Origin: Mobula hypostoma
Lineage: Eukaryota
Reading direction: 5' to 3'
Length of the DNA: 64,000 nt
Assembly: GCF_963921235.1 (NCBI RefSeq)
Contig: NC_086108.1
Span: 26,910,001 to 26,974,000, forward strand
The translations under genes and the position numbers were made by a program. The notes beneath the pieces were generated by a model. That model searched no databases, had not been told where the DNA came from, and saw only the letters and a program-made list of their open reading frames with translations. Positions 24,976 to 38,550 of the stretch are shown one piece after another. The first letter of the stretch is position 1, and every line of letters starts with the position of its first letter.

Positions 24976-26534
24976 GAATATAACACAAAATTGGCTTGCC
25001 TGTGGCCAGAGCAATATTTCTGGCAAGAAGCAGGTTCATTAAATGTTAGCACATGATCTTTGTTATATACTGAAATCACAACGCACACTGAAAGGCAAAG
25101 TATTATTCTCCAGAGCTGGAGAGAGGTCTGCTTCAATTCCCCATCTTAAAATAAATCATTTTACATTTTGTCATTTCGGACCAGTGGACAGAGTTGGACT
25201 ACATTCTGCGTGATTACCAGAATGAATTACATTCAGAATCATCTGGAGTTGAAGAGAAAGTAATATTTGAAGATAAAGAACAGTTGACAAGAGAACGGTA
25301 GACAGATTTAATTGCCTGTTTAGAATCTGAGGGCATTATATAAGATTATATTGTGTGTCATTGGCTTTAGCTAAGGGCTAAAGCTGCTAATTAACAAAGT
25401 GCACAGGTCACTTTAGTATACAATGTTTTGTATGCATTACAGCATTTGAGTTTCAGTAAATTTTGTATCTTACGTCATATTGGTTGTGCCTGAGTTTATC
25501 TTGTTTCTGGCATTTGACTAGTTGTAATGCACTTTCAAACAATTTTGGAGTTGTATTTCAAATAACTATCTCTGAACAAATGCGTACATGTCAGACACAA
25601 CTGATTGGTGTAAGAGGCATCTCAATCACCTGTGAAGAAGCCTGATTGCCAGAAAACTTGAGAGACCCTGAATTTATCATCACCTTTGAGTAAAGTGATG
25701 GGTCTGATTGGATTAGATATAGAAGAGTCTCTCTCTGCGACCTGCCACAGGAAAAATTATCAAAAGATACCTCTGGGCATAACTCACCCAAGCATTCACT
25801 GCTGTCCACAGCTTTCTCCAGGTTGCTAGAGCTTGTCCTGAACTCCCCTTCCTTTATAATCCAGAAATCATATCAGTGATATTGATTGGCACAAGCTTCC
25901 CAGATGATTACACTGCTTTCCTCCTATTTGGCTGCTACAAGACCATGAACTGTCAGATACAGAAATATATGATGTTCAACAATTAACACCACAAAGCTGT
26001 TTTGATGGAGAAAGTGCTACTCAGCATTCTGAGATGTTAAGTGCATGAGTATGAACTCCAGTGATGCTTACCACTTTCAAAAGCCGACAGGACAGAACCA
26101 GACACAATGTGCTTTCTAGGGCTTCATGCTGGCCTACAAATCTTGGTGGTCAACCACACTGCAGGGACTTACTCTATATAAACAGGTGCTTCACGCTTTC
26201 CTCTCAGTTCACAAGCCATACAAGAAGTGCATCACAAGGTCCTTGAGTTCCTCAAAACTTACTAGAATTTACGTTCTTGTTAGCTGCTGATTAATTAATG
26301 TTCATTATGAATGAAACCTTTCTTACTGAAGACATCTCTATGCAAGAAGGAGGTTCTCTGTTGTGTTTTAGGGAGTTTGTCTGCTGCAGATGTGTTTTTG
26401 TTTTTCAGTTTTTGGAAGGTGAATATAGTTCTTTGCTGGCCTGTGGTGGTGCCAAAAAGTGTGCAGTAGTGTATGTAGGTGGAATGAGCTCAAGGATGTT
26501 TGGAGAATTCTCTGAAATGATCTTTACAGTCTGT

Positions 26535-26753
26535 GCAACACATACAAAATGCTGGAGGAACTCAGCAGGACAGGCAGCATCTATGGAAAAGGGTACAGTT
26601 GATGTTTTGGGCTGAAACCCAGTCCTGCTGAAGGGTTTCGGCCTGAAATGTTGACTGTACTCTTTTGGATAGATGCTGCCAGTTACGTTGAGTTCCTCCA
26701 GCATTTTGGGCACGTAGCTTGGATTTCCAGCATCTGCAGATTTTCTCTTGTTT
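26535..26753. mobile_element. Palindromic PLE-terminus mini-element with a hammerhead motif
   Basis: 26535-26620 is the reverse complement of ~26633-26718; plus arm starts AGTCCTGCTGAAGGGTTTCGGCCTGAAATGTTGACT and ends in the tail GGATTTCCAGCATCTGCAGATTTTCTCTTGTTT. Confidence 0.85.
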
Positions 26754-27704
26754 ATGATTGACTTTCCAGCTTGTGCTGACTGCCTCACTGCTCTTGATAA
26801 ACTCTCCTCTATCCTTGGCTTTTATCAGAGTGCCAAGTAAAAAATAATCAAATTTACAAAGAAAGCCAGTGACCTGAAATGTGAAAGGGTAGGTCAACAA
26901 TGGTTGAGACGAAATTAGTAAACAAAATGCATCATTATTGGTCTGAATCTGGATCATTAAAATTCATTACAAGATGAGAATGCATACAGCAGGGAAGGAG
27001 TAGGAGATTTTATGGCGAGTCAGTACAACCTAAGCCTATTGGTCCATTGATAACCAATCCCAGGCTGACTTCCTTTGATTGGTTCCTCTGATCAAATATT
27101 TTTCTGGACCACTGTTCATTTTCTGACTTTGCAACACAGTGATAACATTATCAGTATCTTTCTATGGTGAGTCGAAGCAACCAATGCCTATTGGTCAGCT
27201 GATAACCAAACCCAGGTTGACTTTCTTTAATTGATCATTGTTCTAATCGACATCTTGAATTTCTTTGGGTAAACCATTTAAATAATCATTCTTTGGAATG
27301 TACATTGAGTTTTGAGTTTTGCGAATTGTAGTTGTGTGGTTTTACTGAATATAAGAGTTTCTTGAGTTTCAGCTTTGATCTCTCTGGTTCAGGGTCTCAT
27401 CAATAGTTATAGGCAAACAAACACAACAGGAGAAAGGATCGCATTAAAGTTACTGAAATAAAACCGGTTCACTTACTGGTGCCCTCCAGGCCAGACTACT
27501 TGGGTCACCAAGCTTTCTAATGACCAGCAGCTTTTAAAGGACCTTGGGAGCATCTTAGTTGATTGATAAAAATGGACACATGGTTAGCAGCGGACTTGGA
27601 AAGCTGCCAGTAGATTGGAACTGAGTGGACATGATGTTGATTAGCAGTTGGTGGCCCCTAGTAAAAACTAGCATCCCTAGTAAATGACTAAGTAGCTGTA
27701 AATT

Positions 27705-28050
27705 AATGGAGACCTTGGCAGGTGAGAGCTGGTAAAGTGGATAAGAACTGACAAACTGTTGACAACTACAGGGACCCAGGTTTCATCCTGGCTCTAGGTG
27801 ATGTCCAGGCAGAGTTTGCTCATTCTCCACATAACAATGTAGGTTTCCGCTAGATGCTCTCATTTCCTCCCTCTCCCAAAAAATGTGCTGGAAGCTAATT
27901 GGATTCTGTAAATTAGACATCCAATGGATGTATGGAAAAAGGGAAACACCAATGGACAAGTGAGAGAAGGAAGATTGCAGGGGTATAACAGAAGGGGCTG
28001 AGGTGAGGTGGCATTGTTCTATAGGGAGCTTGCAAAGTCTAGACAACCAA
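27705..28050 (+). mobile_element. Degraded V-SINE-like element
   Basis: GGGACCCAGGTTTCATCCTG B-box-like; GAGTTTGC.CATTCTCC...GGTTTCCGCTAGATGCTC.CATTTCCTCC V-domain. Confidence 0.55.
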
Positions 28051-28847
28051 ATGCTCTCTGAAGGCATGGGGGAGGTGCACTTTTCCAAAGGTTCTGAGCA
28101 TAGACAGTTTAAAGTTTTTTTGTGTGTTTCTTTTTTTATTGGAGTAATTGTAGATCTTTAACTGATGAACCATTAGTTCTACCACTTTTCAGTTTCTCAT
28201 TCTGCTTGTCTTGAGTGAAATATATACCACCATATTTCTGTCTCACACATTTTTATCCACTGATATTCCAACAACTCTGTCAGGTAAATCGCGTTTCACA
28301 ACTTGAAGGATTTTCATGTTTAAAATTGTTCTGGGAGATGAGATCAGAAGATTATCTCAGCCAGGGACAAGAATGAATTTTTTAATGGGTTTAATAGAAC
28401 CAATCAGCTTACATCCCACTGAGCTGTACAGATTTGAATCTCTTTCCAATAAGCACCCAGGATAGTGAAATAGTTAAACAATCTTCAACTTGACAAAACT
28501 CTTCAGGGGCCAGAAGTTATGAGAATCCACAAAACCTGACTTAATTGGATTGGGTGAATTCACCTTTTTTCTGTAGTGGTAATGGGTATGGAGTTTTGCA
28601 ATGAATGCCATTGGATTGCACAGACCTGTGTGGTTAATGACAATTCACCCAGGATTCCTTGAAAACCTTGCAGGATATGGGTTGCTAGGAAGACTATGGA
28701 ATTCTATAGTGTGCATCATATACAAAAGGTCAGGGTAATGTGAACTGTGATCTGGTGCTCATCAAAGCTGCTTCTTTTACTTCTTTAAATGTTGTCAATG
28801 GATGGACAGATAGGCAGCACTGTAGAAGCTGCAGAGCCAGAAAGGTA

Positions 28848-28885
28848 CTCACACTCACACTCACACTCACACTCACACTCACACT
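28848..28885 (+). repeat. (CTCACA)n microsatellite; CA-rich degenerate tract follows at ~29005-29225
   Basis: About six tandem CTCACA units. Confidence 0.9.
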
Positions 28886-29840
28886 CGGTAGTGCTCTACA
28901 GGGAAGTCTACACACATTATGGATACAGTGAATCACTCATACATGCACAGCAGAGCTCTGAAGTTAAGTGTACTCACATTATAGGTACAGTGACAGAAAT
29001 CTTAGCAAGCACACACACGGATATACACAAATTCACACAAACACACACACAATTTACACACACATGCAAGCACAAACAAAACACACTTCAAAAAAGACAC
29101 ACTGACATAAACATACAGAGATACACAAATTAATACAAGCACATACAAAGCACATATGCATATATACACTCATTCACATAAACCAGCGCATACCAGCCCC
29201 CAGCCGACACACACATACACACAGGGGTCATGTTAACTTTTAAAAGCATGTATTTTTAAAATGGATGCTGTTTAAAAAGCTGTGTTATCAACAAAACCAG
29301 TAGGACATAAGTGTTTTGTCAACAAATATTCTTACAAAATTTGCCGTAGCTCAGACTTGCCGGTACATGCAAATTGATGATAGTGGAGTCACAATTTTCT
29401 CTTCAGTGGCTGTTGAGAGATGTAGCATCTACCTCACTACAGCCCTACTCCCTCATGCAAGTATCTGCTATGGAGAGCATTCCACACCAGTGGCATCTAC
29501 ATCCTCCAGAATCCTAGCCCTACCCCTCGCCCTCCAGAGATCCTTCATTCAGGACTCACATGGTGATCACTCAAAAGCCTTAATTTATGATGTAGAAAGG
29601 ACAATTCCTCTGAAAAGTTTGACTACAACCAGATCACACTCAGAAGGAGGGGGTCAGCCTTTCAGCACCAAGATAAAACAAAAATGTAAATACCTCGTTT
29701 TGCCCATTTTCTGAGAGGGTCAATAACTTGCACATTAACACATAAAAAATCATCATTCTGATATTGTATTAAATATTAAATTAACTCAGTTTAGCATGGA
29801 ACAAAAACAAAATATAAAAGATCTTCATGTCTTGCACCTA

Positions 29841-30412
29841 CCCTCAGTAGCCATATTATTAGGTATGACTGTACACCTGAATTCTAATGCAAATATCTGA
29901 TCAGCCAAACATGTGGTAGCAACTCAATGAATAAAAGCAGACAGACATGGCTAAGGGGCTTACTTGTTCAGACCAAACATCAGAATGGGGAAGAAATGTG
30001 ATCTAAGTGATTTTGACCACAGAATAATTATTGGTGCCTGACAGGATGGTTTGAGTACTCTGGAAACTGCTGATCTTTTGGGATTTTCACACACAACAGT
30101 CTCTAGAGTTTACAAAGAATGGTGCAAAAATCAAAAAGAAACATCCAGCAACTGGCAGTTCTGTGAGCAAAATGGCTTGTTAAAGAGGGAGGTCAAAGGA
30201 GAAGGGCCAGACTGGTTCAAGCTGACATAAAAGTGACAGTAACTCAAATAACCATGCAATACAACAGTGGGATGCAGAAGAGCACAACTTATCTCTGAGT
30301 GCACAACTTATCAAACTTGAAGTGGTGAGCTACAGCAGCAAAAGACCATGAAAATATATTCAGTGGCCACTTTATTTGTAATAGAGGTACCAGACAAAGA
30401 GGCTACTGAATG
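29841..30412 (+). mobile_element. Tc1-like element with transposase N-terminal remnant
   Basis: TA-flanked imperfect TIRs; MGKKCDLSDFDHRIIIGA*QDGLSTLETADLLGFSHTTVSRVYKEW from 29985. Confidence 0.85.
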
Positions 30413-30474
30413 TATACTGAAGACTGAGAGTTTAGCAAAGTATAGATTTCATGGCATATGATCTCTGCTGAGAA

Positions 30475-33400
30475 TAAGACCATAAGATCATTAAACGTGG
30501 GAGCGGAATTATGCCATTCGGCTCTTTGAGTCTGTTCTGCTATTCCATCATGGCTGAATTACTATCCCTCTCAATCCCATACCCCTGCCTTCTCCCCATA
30601 ACCTTTGACCTCCTACCAAGAACCTATCAACCTCTGATTTAAATATAGTCAATGACCCGGTCTCCACAGCTGTGTGTGGCAATTAATTCCACAGATTCAT
30701 CACCCACAGGCTAAAGAAATTTCTTTTCATCTCTGTTCTAAATGGACATCCCTCTATTCTCAGGCTGTGCCATCTAATCTTAGACTTACCCAAATTAGAA
30801 AACATCCTCTCTGTATCCACTCTATCTTGGTCTTTCAATATTTGATAGGTTTCAATGCAATTTCCCTCATTCCTCTAAACTCCAGTGAGAACAGGCCTGG
30901 GCAATCAAATGCTCCTCATACACTAACCCTGTCAATCCCAGAATCTTTCTCATGAACCTCCTCTAGACCTTCTCTAATGTCAGCACATCTTCTCTTCGAT
31001 AAGGGCCCTAAACTGCTCACAATACTCCAAGTGCGGTCTGACCGATGCCTTAGCCTCAGCTCTTCTATTCTAGTCCTCTCGAAATGAAAGCTGGCATTGT
31101 ATTTTCCCACCTTATCATTGACTCATCCTACAAGTTAGCCTCTAGGGAATCTTACACAAGGACTCTCAAGTCTCTTTGCATCTATGATTCTTGAATTTTC
31201 TCCCCATTTAGAAAAAAATTCAATGCATTTATTCCTTCCACCAAACTGCATGACCATACACTTCCCTACACAATATTACATTTGCCAATTCTTTTTGCCC
31301 ATTCTCCCAATCTGTCTAAGTCCTTCTGCAGACTTCCAGTCTCACCAACACTACCCACCCTTCCACTTACCTTTGAATTGTCAGCAAACTTGGCCACAAA
31401 GTCATGAATTCTGTTACCCAGATCACTAACATATAACGTGAAAAGAATTTCCTTCTCCCCCATTACTCCCTCTCCAGCATCATTTTCCAGTGGTCTGATA
31501 TGCACTCACATCTCTGTTTTACTCCTTAATTATCTGGAAAAAAAGTTTTGGGTAGCTTACCTTCTTATTTCCTCTTTTTTTCTCTGCATGGTATTTTTAG
31601 TTGGCTTCTGTTGGTTTTTAAAAGCTTTCCAATTCTTTGACTTTGCACTCATTCTTGCTATATTATATGTTCACTCTTTTCCTTTATGCAGTCTTTGACT
31701 TCCCTTGTCAGCAATGTTGTGTTATTCTGCCTTTAGAATTCTTCTTCATCTTTGAGATGTAAATATACTGCACCTTCCATATTACTCCCAGAAACTCTAG
31801 CCATTGCTAATGTCCCCTTTTAATCAACTTTGGCCAGTTCTTCTCTAATGCCTGTAATTTCATTTACAGAGGAAACTGATACATCTGATTTTATCTTCTC
31901 CCTCTCAAACTCCTTCTCTATCATATTATGATCACTGCCTCTTAAGAGTTCTCTACTATAAGCTTCCTAATCAAATGTTTTATTACACAACAATCAATCC
32001 AGAATAGCCTTCCCCTAGTGGGTTCAACCACAAGCTGCTCTAAAAAGCCATCTCGTAGGTACTCTACAAACTACCCTTCTTGGGATCCAGCACCAATCTG
32101 ATTTTCCAAATCTACCTACATATTGAAATTCCCCATGACTATCACGTTCCCCTTTTCACATTCTTTCCCTACCTCATGTTGTAATTGGTATGCCACATCC
32201 TGGCTACTGTTCACAGGCCTGTATATACAGAAACTCCCTTTGTCATTGTTTTACCCTTGCAGTTCCTTAATTATCCCCACAAGAATTCTAAATTTTCCAA
32301 ACCTATGTCACTTCTTTCTAAGGATTTGATTTCAGTTTTTGTCAAGAGCCACCTCACTCCCTCCCAACCTGGCTTTCCTTTTGATACAATGCGTATCTTT
32401 TGATATTAAGCTTCCAACTATGATCTTCTTTTAGCCATGACTTAATGATGCTCACAACGTCATAAATGCCCAATTCTAACTGTGCTACAAGATCATTTAC
32501 CTTATTTTGTATATTGCGTGCATCCAAATACAAAACTGTCAGTCTTGTATTCATCACCCTTTTCAATTCCGCCCTCCCCCACATTACACTTCAACTCAAC
32601 TCACTGAATGAAATTTTGCCCTTTCATCTGCCCGTCCTGCCTCACAATCTCACTACACACCCCAGCTACTTGTGTACCAACTGACCCATCCTCAACCTAT
32701 AACTCCAGTTCCCATCCCCCTGCCAAATTAGATAAAACTCTCCTCTGGAGCTCTAGTAAACCTGCCCACAAGGATATTGGTCCTTAAAGTGTAGCCCGTT
32801 CTTTTTGTACAGATCATACATTCCCCAGAAGAGATCCCAGTGATATAGATATCTGAAACACTGCTACCCACACCAGTTCCTCAGCCATTCTTTCATCTGT
32901 ACCACCATCCTATTACTACCTTGACTAGCACATGGCAATGGAAATAATCGAAAGATTACTACCTTGGATGTTCTGTTCTTCAGCCCCTTCCCTAACTCCC
33001 TATACTCACAGTGCAGGACCTCTTCCCTCTTCCTGACTATGTCATTGTTGCTGATGTGCACCATACCCTCCAGCTGCTCACCCTCTCTCCTGGGAATATT
33101 CTGCAGCCACTCTGAGACATCCTTAACCTCAGCACCTGAGAGGCAACACACCATCCTGGCGTCTCTTTTATGTCCATCAAAACTCTTGTCCATCCCCCTA
33201 ACTATTGAGTCTTTAATCGCTATGGCTTCTATCTTACTTTACCCTTCCCTGTTAAGCTTCAGAGCCAGCCATTGTGCCACTGACTTTGCCATCTCCCCCC
33301 TCCAGTAGTGTTCAAAGTGGTATACTTGTTGCCGAAGGGAATGGCCACAGGGGAATCCTGCACTGACTGGTTACACCTCTTCCTTCTCCTGGTGATCACT

Positions 33401-33620
33401 CATCTGCTATCTGAAGCCTGCACTCTGGGTGTGACCACTTTAGACAAAGTCTCATCTATGAGGTTTTCAGCATCCCAGATGGTCCTGAGTACATCCAGTT
33501 CCAGCCCCACTTTCTTGACCCTGTCAGTTAGAAGCTAAAGTTGTGTGCACTTTCTGCAGATGTAGTCAGCTGGAAGACCATTAGTTACCCTGAAATGCCA
33601 TATCTTACATGCGGAACATT
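30475..33620 (-). mobile_element. CR1 LINE, ORF1 to 3' end, with a large internal RT deletion (~31445)
   Basis: ORF1 esterase region (RMVCCLSGAEVKDVSE.L...VHI..ND, 32864-33193); EN start LYLDARNIQNKVNDL (32354-32584); RT end FVAKFADN. Confidence 0.88.
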
Positions 33621-34584
33621 CTACTGCCTGAGCTACCATCCTGCCTACACTTGTAATACCTTTAGCTCCAACCTCCTAAGCTTAGGTTTTACAATGAATT
33701 GAATACTTCCAAATGACTCAGCACTCTTAGCCTCTGTCTCTTCTCTCCAAAGCCTGGTAAGCCAAAGTCTAACCACTCTAATACTGGCCCACTCCAACAA
33801 AGACTGCTCCTACAATGATCACTGTGCTTACACTTCACTTCTTTTTTTGGCCATTATCTATACATTAACTACAAACATTAAGTATAAAACATAAGCCATA
33901 AGCCCTAAGACAACATCCCTGTTTTTCACTCCCTGTGGATGCTGCCAAAATACAAAATCTTCTCAGCATTTTATGTCTTTATGGCACAATTAAAGTCTCC
34001 TTTGTTGAAGTTTTCTCACTTCTAAAAACTGGAGGACATGATTTGCTTCAATTTCCAGAGTTTCAATTGATCCAGCTGTTCTCAGTAAAATACAGGCAAA
34101 AGAAAATTCTTATTTTTCTTAAGGCCGATCAATTTCATATTTGGAGACTTTGCCTCAGAGACTATGTCAATCAGAACAGATATTTTAGACACCATCCCTA
34201 GAATTCAAATACTTTCATAAAACAAAACCAACAAAATACTGTGACTCTTGAGATCATTCATGGTGTTCAAATTATTGATTGACCAGCTGCAGCAAATCTG
34301 GCTGCTTTAACTCATTTGAATAAAGCATCATTATGAATGTCAAGTTTCAATACATCCTTAAAAATTGCAAAACAGCCTTGACCACTGACCCTGCATGTGT
34401 ATTTCTCTCAAAGCAGTAGATTGCAAGTCATGGAACAGATTTACTATATATGTTGCACAATCAATATTCAGATATCAAGTCTGCCCATGATTTTTTTACA
34501 TGCATTCAAAACTTTTACAAGTATTATTATTAGAGATAAGGATTTATATATTTGAATAATTTCCATAATAGTCAGTGTGATAAA

Positions 34585-34811
34585 GTACTGTGCAAAAGTC
34601 TGAGACACATATCTATAGCTAGGGTGATTCCAAACAATTGGTTTATTGATCATTTAGAATGTCACTCTGGTGCTTCCCATTTCCTCCCCTCTTCCTTCTC
34701 CTTTTTCCAACCATGATCTCCCTTTCCTTGCCCCCTTCCAGTCCTCAAAAGAGACCCATTTCAGGTACTTTTGCTTTATATATGTGCTTAAGACTTTTGC
34801 ACAGCACTGTA
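34585..34811. mobile_element. Tc1-like MITE
   Basis: GTACTGTGCAAAAGTCT ... AGACTTTTGCACAGCACTGTA inverted ends. Confidence 0.6.
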
Positions 34812-36025
34812 TTTCTTCTAATTGCGTGCTTGCCATTGTAAAAGAGAAAAAAAAAACTCTTTCAGCAGGATCCTTGGGCATTTATTAAGGTTTATGTCTT
34901 TCAGATATGCTCACAATGCAAGCAATATGCCACAGATTTCTAGAAAAACTTCTTCAAAGTATCTGCTGATAAGTTGGCAAATCTTTTGTAAGATTCTTAC
35001 TGTAGGAGCTCCCCTGCATAACCGCTCACCCGAAGTTCTCTTGTTTCAATAGTTTTGATCTTCAATAGTCACCTTCCCCACTCACAACATAAATAACAGT
35101 TCTACATTATTTATAAACTAATTTCATTTTGTTACTGACCAGATGCCTAGGTTTATATGTGCTCTATAAAAGTCACCCAACCCTCCCAAAATGCTAAGCA
35201 TAAATTTTGCATTGTTGACATTTATGTCTAGCAATTATATTGGTTAAAAAAAATCAAGCAGGCTGTCGAAGGGTTTTTGTGTTTTGATCAGTTTAGGCCA
35301 AAGTATAACTTACAAGATGATTCCCTCAACTTCACATAATCAGTATGCAGTTGTATAAAGCTATATTATCTCTTTGAGGTGCCTGGAATTCTTTGAGTTA
35401 GCTTCCTCAAAGAAATACCATCCTTTAGTTTTTTTGACAGCATAATACATTTACGGAGTGTTATTAATCATGGATTTCAATAGTAGATTACAGATCCTGC
35501 GCTTTCCTTTCACAGGGGTATTAAGCTCTTGAATGATATGTTGATTTGATCAGGGATATAGGACATTTCTTGCTGAGCAATTACATTATATAGTATATCA
35601 TTTTTTTCCAGAATGTGCAGCCTGCATTGATCCAAACCAGACTAAATCATATTAGCAATTACTTCTGCATGAAGTTACACCAGAAGTGAAATTGACCGGG
35701 TCATATCTGCTGGCACTATCCCAGTGTCAGAAGCACACTTGATGATGCCAACCATCAGACAGTGCACATTCCAACCACTCTTTGCAGAAAATGACTGCTG
35801 AGACACTTTGAAAGTCCACTATCATTGAATGCTGTAACTGTCCAAACTTATCGGACTGCGTTCAAATAGAGAAATAAATGCTTATACTGCAGAATTTAGT
35901 TACTGAGCAAATCATATACTGTACTGCCTGTCCCAGATATGGCACTTTAGAGAGGAAACTCTGGCTGAATATTTCAGGTTACTCAGGGAGAATCAGAGAC
36001 CAGGGCTGTAGGCACGCACGTCAAC

Positions 36026-37285
36026 TAGAATATAGAACACTACAGAACAGGACTGGCCTTTTGAATCAAAATGTTCTGCCCATCTTTTAAGCTACTCCAA
36101 AATCAACCTAACCATCCCTTCCTACATAGTCTGTTTTCATTGATTCTATTGTTTTTTTCTGGATTTACTGTGAATGCATGCAAGAAAATGAATCTCAGTG
36201 TCGTATATGGTGATATGTATATACTTCGATAATAAATTTACTTTGAACTTTGAACTTTGATACATGTGACTATCTAAGAGTTTCTTAAGTGCTCCAAGTG
36301 TATCCGCCACTACCACGTGTGTTGCATGCATCCATCACACTTTGTGTAAAGAATTTCCCTCTGACATCCCCCTATAGTTTCCACCAACCACATTAAAATT
36401 ATGCCCCTTGTATTAACCATTCCTGTTCTGGAAAAACCTCTCTGGCCATCCTCCCAATCTATGCTTTTTATAATCCTAAGACTATAACACTGATAAACAT
36501 AGGAGCAGAATTAAGCCATTTAGTCCATTAAGTCAACTCCACCATTCCATCATGGCTGATTTATTATCCCTTTCAATTCCATTCTCCTACCCTCTCCCCA
36601 TAACCGTTAATGTGCTGACTAACCAAGAAAATATCAACTTCTACTTTAAGTATGCCCAATGACTTTACCTCCAAAGCTATCTCTGGCAATAAATTCCACA
36701 AGTTCACCACCCTCTGGCCTCTCCAAAAGGGGTGTCCTTCTACTCTGAGGTTATGCCCTCTGGTCCTAGACTGTCCACTATAGGAAGCCTCCACGTCACA
36801 TCCACTCTGTCTAGGCTTTTGAATATTCAGTAGGCTTCAATGAAATCTCCCTCATTCTTCTAAGTTCCAGCAAGTACAGGCCTAGAACCATCAGATCATC
36901 CTCATACAGTATATTAACCCTTTCATTCCTGGGATCATTCCGTGAACTTTCTCTGGACCCTCTCCAATGCCATCACACCTTTTCTTAGAAAAAGCTACTC
37001 ACAATACTCCATGCAGTTTGACCAATGAATTACAAAGTCTTAGCATTATATCCTTGCTGTTAGATTGTCCTTCCTCACCGCTGACTCAACCTGCAAGTTA
37101 ACCTTTAGGGAACTCTACACAAGTTCCTTTGCACCTCTGATTTCTGAGTTCTTTCCCTGTTTAGAAAATAGTCTACATTATATTTCTTCTTCTAAAGTGC
37201 ATGACTATACACTTCCCTACACTGTATTCCATCTGTCACTTCTTTTTCCATTCTCCCTATCTGTCCAAGTCCTTCTACAGACTTT
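36026..37285 (-). mobile_element. Two CR1 3' fragments (36026-36480, 36495-37285) with a small Rex1-type tail insertion (~36140-36260)
   Basis: SRTRGHNLRVEG...QRVVNLWNLLP (36573-36794); AATAAATTTACTTTGAACTTTGAACTTTGA tail. Confidence 0.8.
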
Positions 37286-37734
37286 GGTTCCTAAGCACTA
37301 TTTGCTCAGCACCCATGATGGCATTTGGTTTGCTGACCACGAAGTTCTAAACTCAGATGAAGATCTTAAGCCCTATCAGATATAAATAGCCATGAATACT
37401 CTCACGAATGGGAGATTATACTGTAATTACCCAATCTTCAAAAACTAGCTCACTTCCTTGTTATTCTCCATGGTGAGTTTATCTGCCGATACCCACTATT
37501 TGAGCAGTGAGTCCCCAGTCCCTACCAGGGAGGAGGCACTTTGAGCTAACACAGTAGTTTAAAACACAGTTCACTTAATTACAGTGATATAAGTCCAAAT
37601 TCACACATTCTTAAAACACATTTAAAACTCACCGTGGATTTCTATCTTAAATATTTTCCAATTCTCACTGAAGATTTCTATCTTATCTTGAATCATTGAA
37701 TCATTATCTTGAATCTTGAAACATTACAAAACAT

Positions 37735-38550
37735 GTGGATAAATGTGAAGTTATCCACTTTGGTGGCAAAAATAGGAAAACAGATTATTATCTGAATGGT
37801 GGCCGATTAGGAAAAGGGGAGGTGCAGCGAGACCTGGGTGTCATTATACACCAGTCATTGAAAGTGGGCATGCAGGTACAGCAGGCGGTGAAAAAGGCGA
37901 ATGGTATGCTGGCATTTATAGCGAGAGGATTCGAGTACAGGAGCAGGGAGGTACTACTGCAGTTGTACAAGGCCTTGGTGAGACCACACCTGGAGTATTG
38001 TGTGCAGTTTTGGTCCCCTAATCTGAGGAAAGACATCCTTGCCATAGAGGGAGTACAAAGAAGGTTCACCAGATTGATTCCTGGGATGGCAGGACTTTCA
38101 TATGAAGAAAGACTGGATCGACTAGGCTTGTACTCGTTGGAATTTAGAAGATTGAGGGGGGATCTGATTGAAACGTATAAGATCCTAAAGGGATTGGACA
38201 GGCTAGATGCAGGAAGATTGTTCCCGATGTTGGGGAAGTCCAGAACGAGGGGCCACAGTTTGAGGATTGAGGGGAAGCCTTTTAGGACCGAGATTAGGAA
38301 AAACTTCTTCACACAGAGAGTGGTGAATCTGTGGAATTCTCTGCCTCAGGAAACAGTTGAGGCCAGTTCATTGGCTATATTTAAGAGGGAGTTAGATATG
38401 GCCCTTGTGGCTATGGGGGTCAGGGGGTATGGAGGGAAGGCTGGGTCGGGGTTCTGAGTTGGATGATCAGCCATGATCATAATAAATGGCGGTGCAGGTT
38501 CGAAGGGCCGAATGGCCTACTCCTGCACCTATTTTCCTATTTTCTATTTC
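37735..38550 (+). mobile_element. Young 5'-truncated CR1 with an uninterrupted 240-aa ORF2 C-terminus (37735-38457)
   Basis: LYKALVRPHLEYCVQFWSP...FFTQRVVNLWNSLP with no stops; 3'UTR and TATTTTC-type tail. Confidence 0.92.

Noticed and set aside
28560..28740. Possible exon after the polypyrimidine tract TTTTTTCTGTAG
   Set aside because: All three frames hit a stop before the next strong donor-like site and no known peptide is encoded
37788..38312. Antisense ORFs over CR1, PLE, HERO and Gypsy coding regions
   Set aside because: Shadow frames of retroelement ORFs
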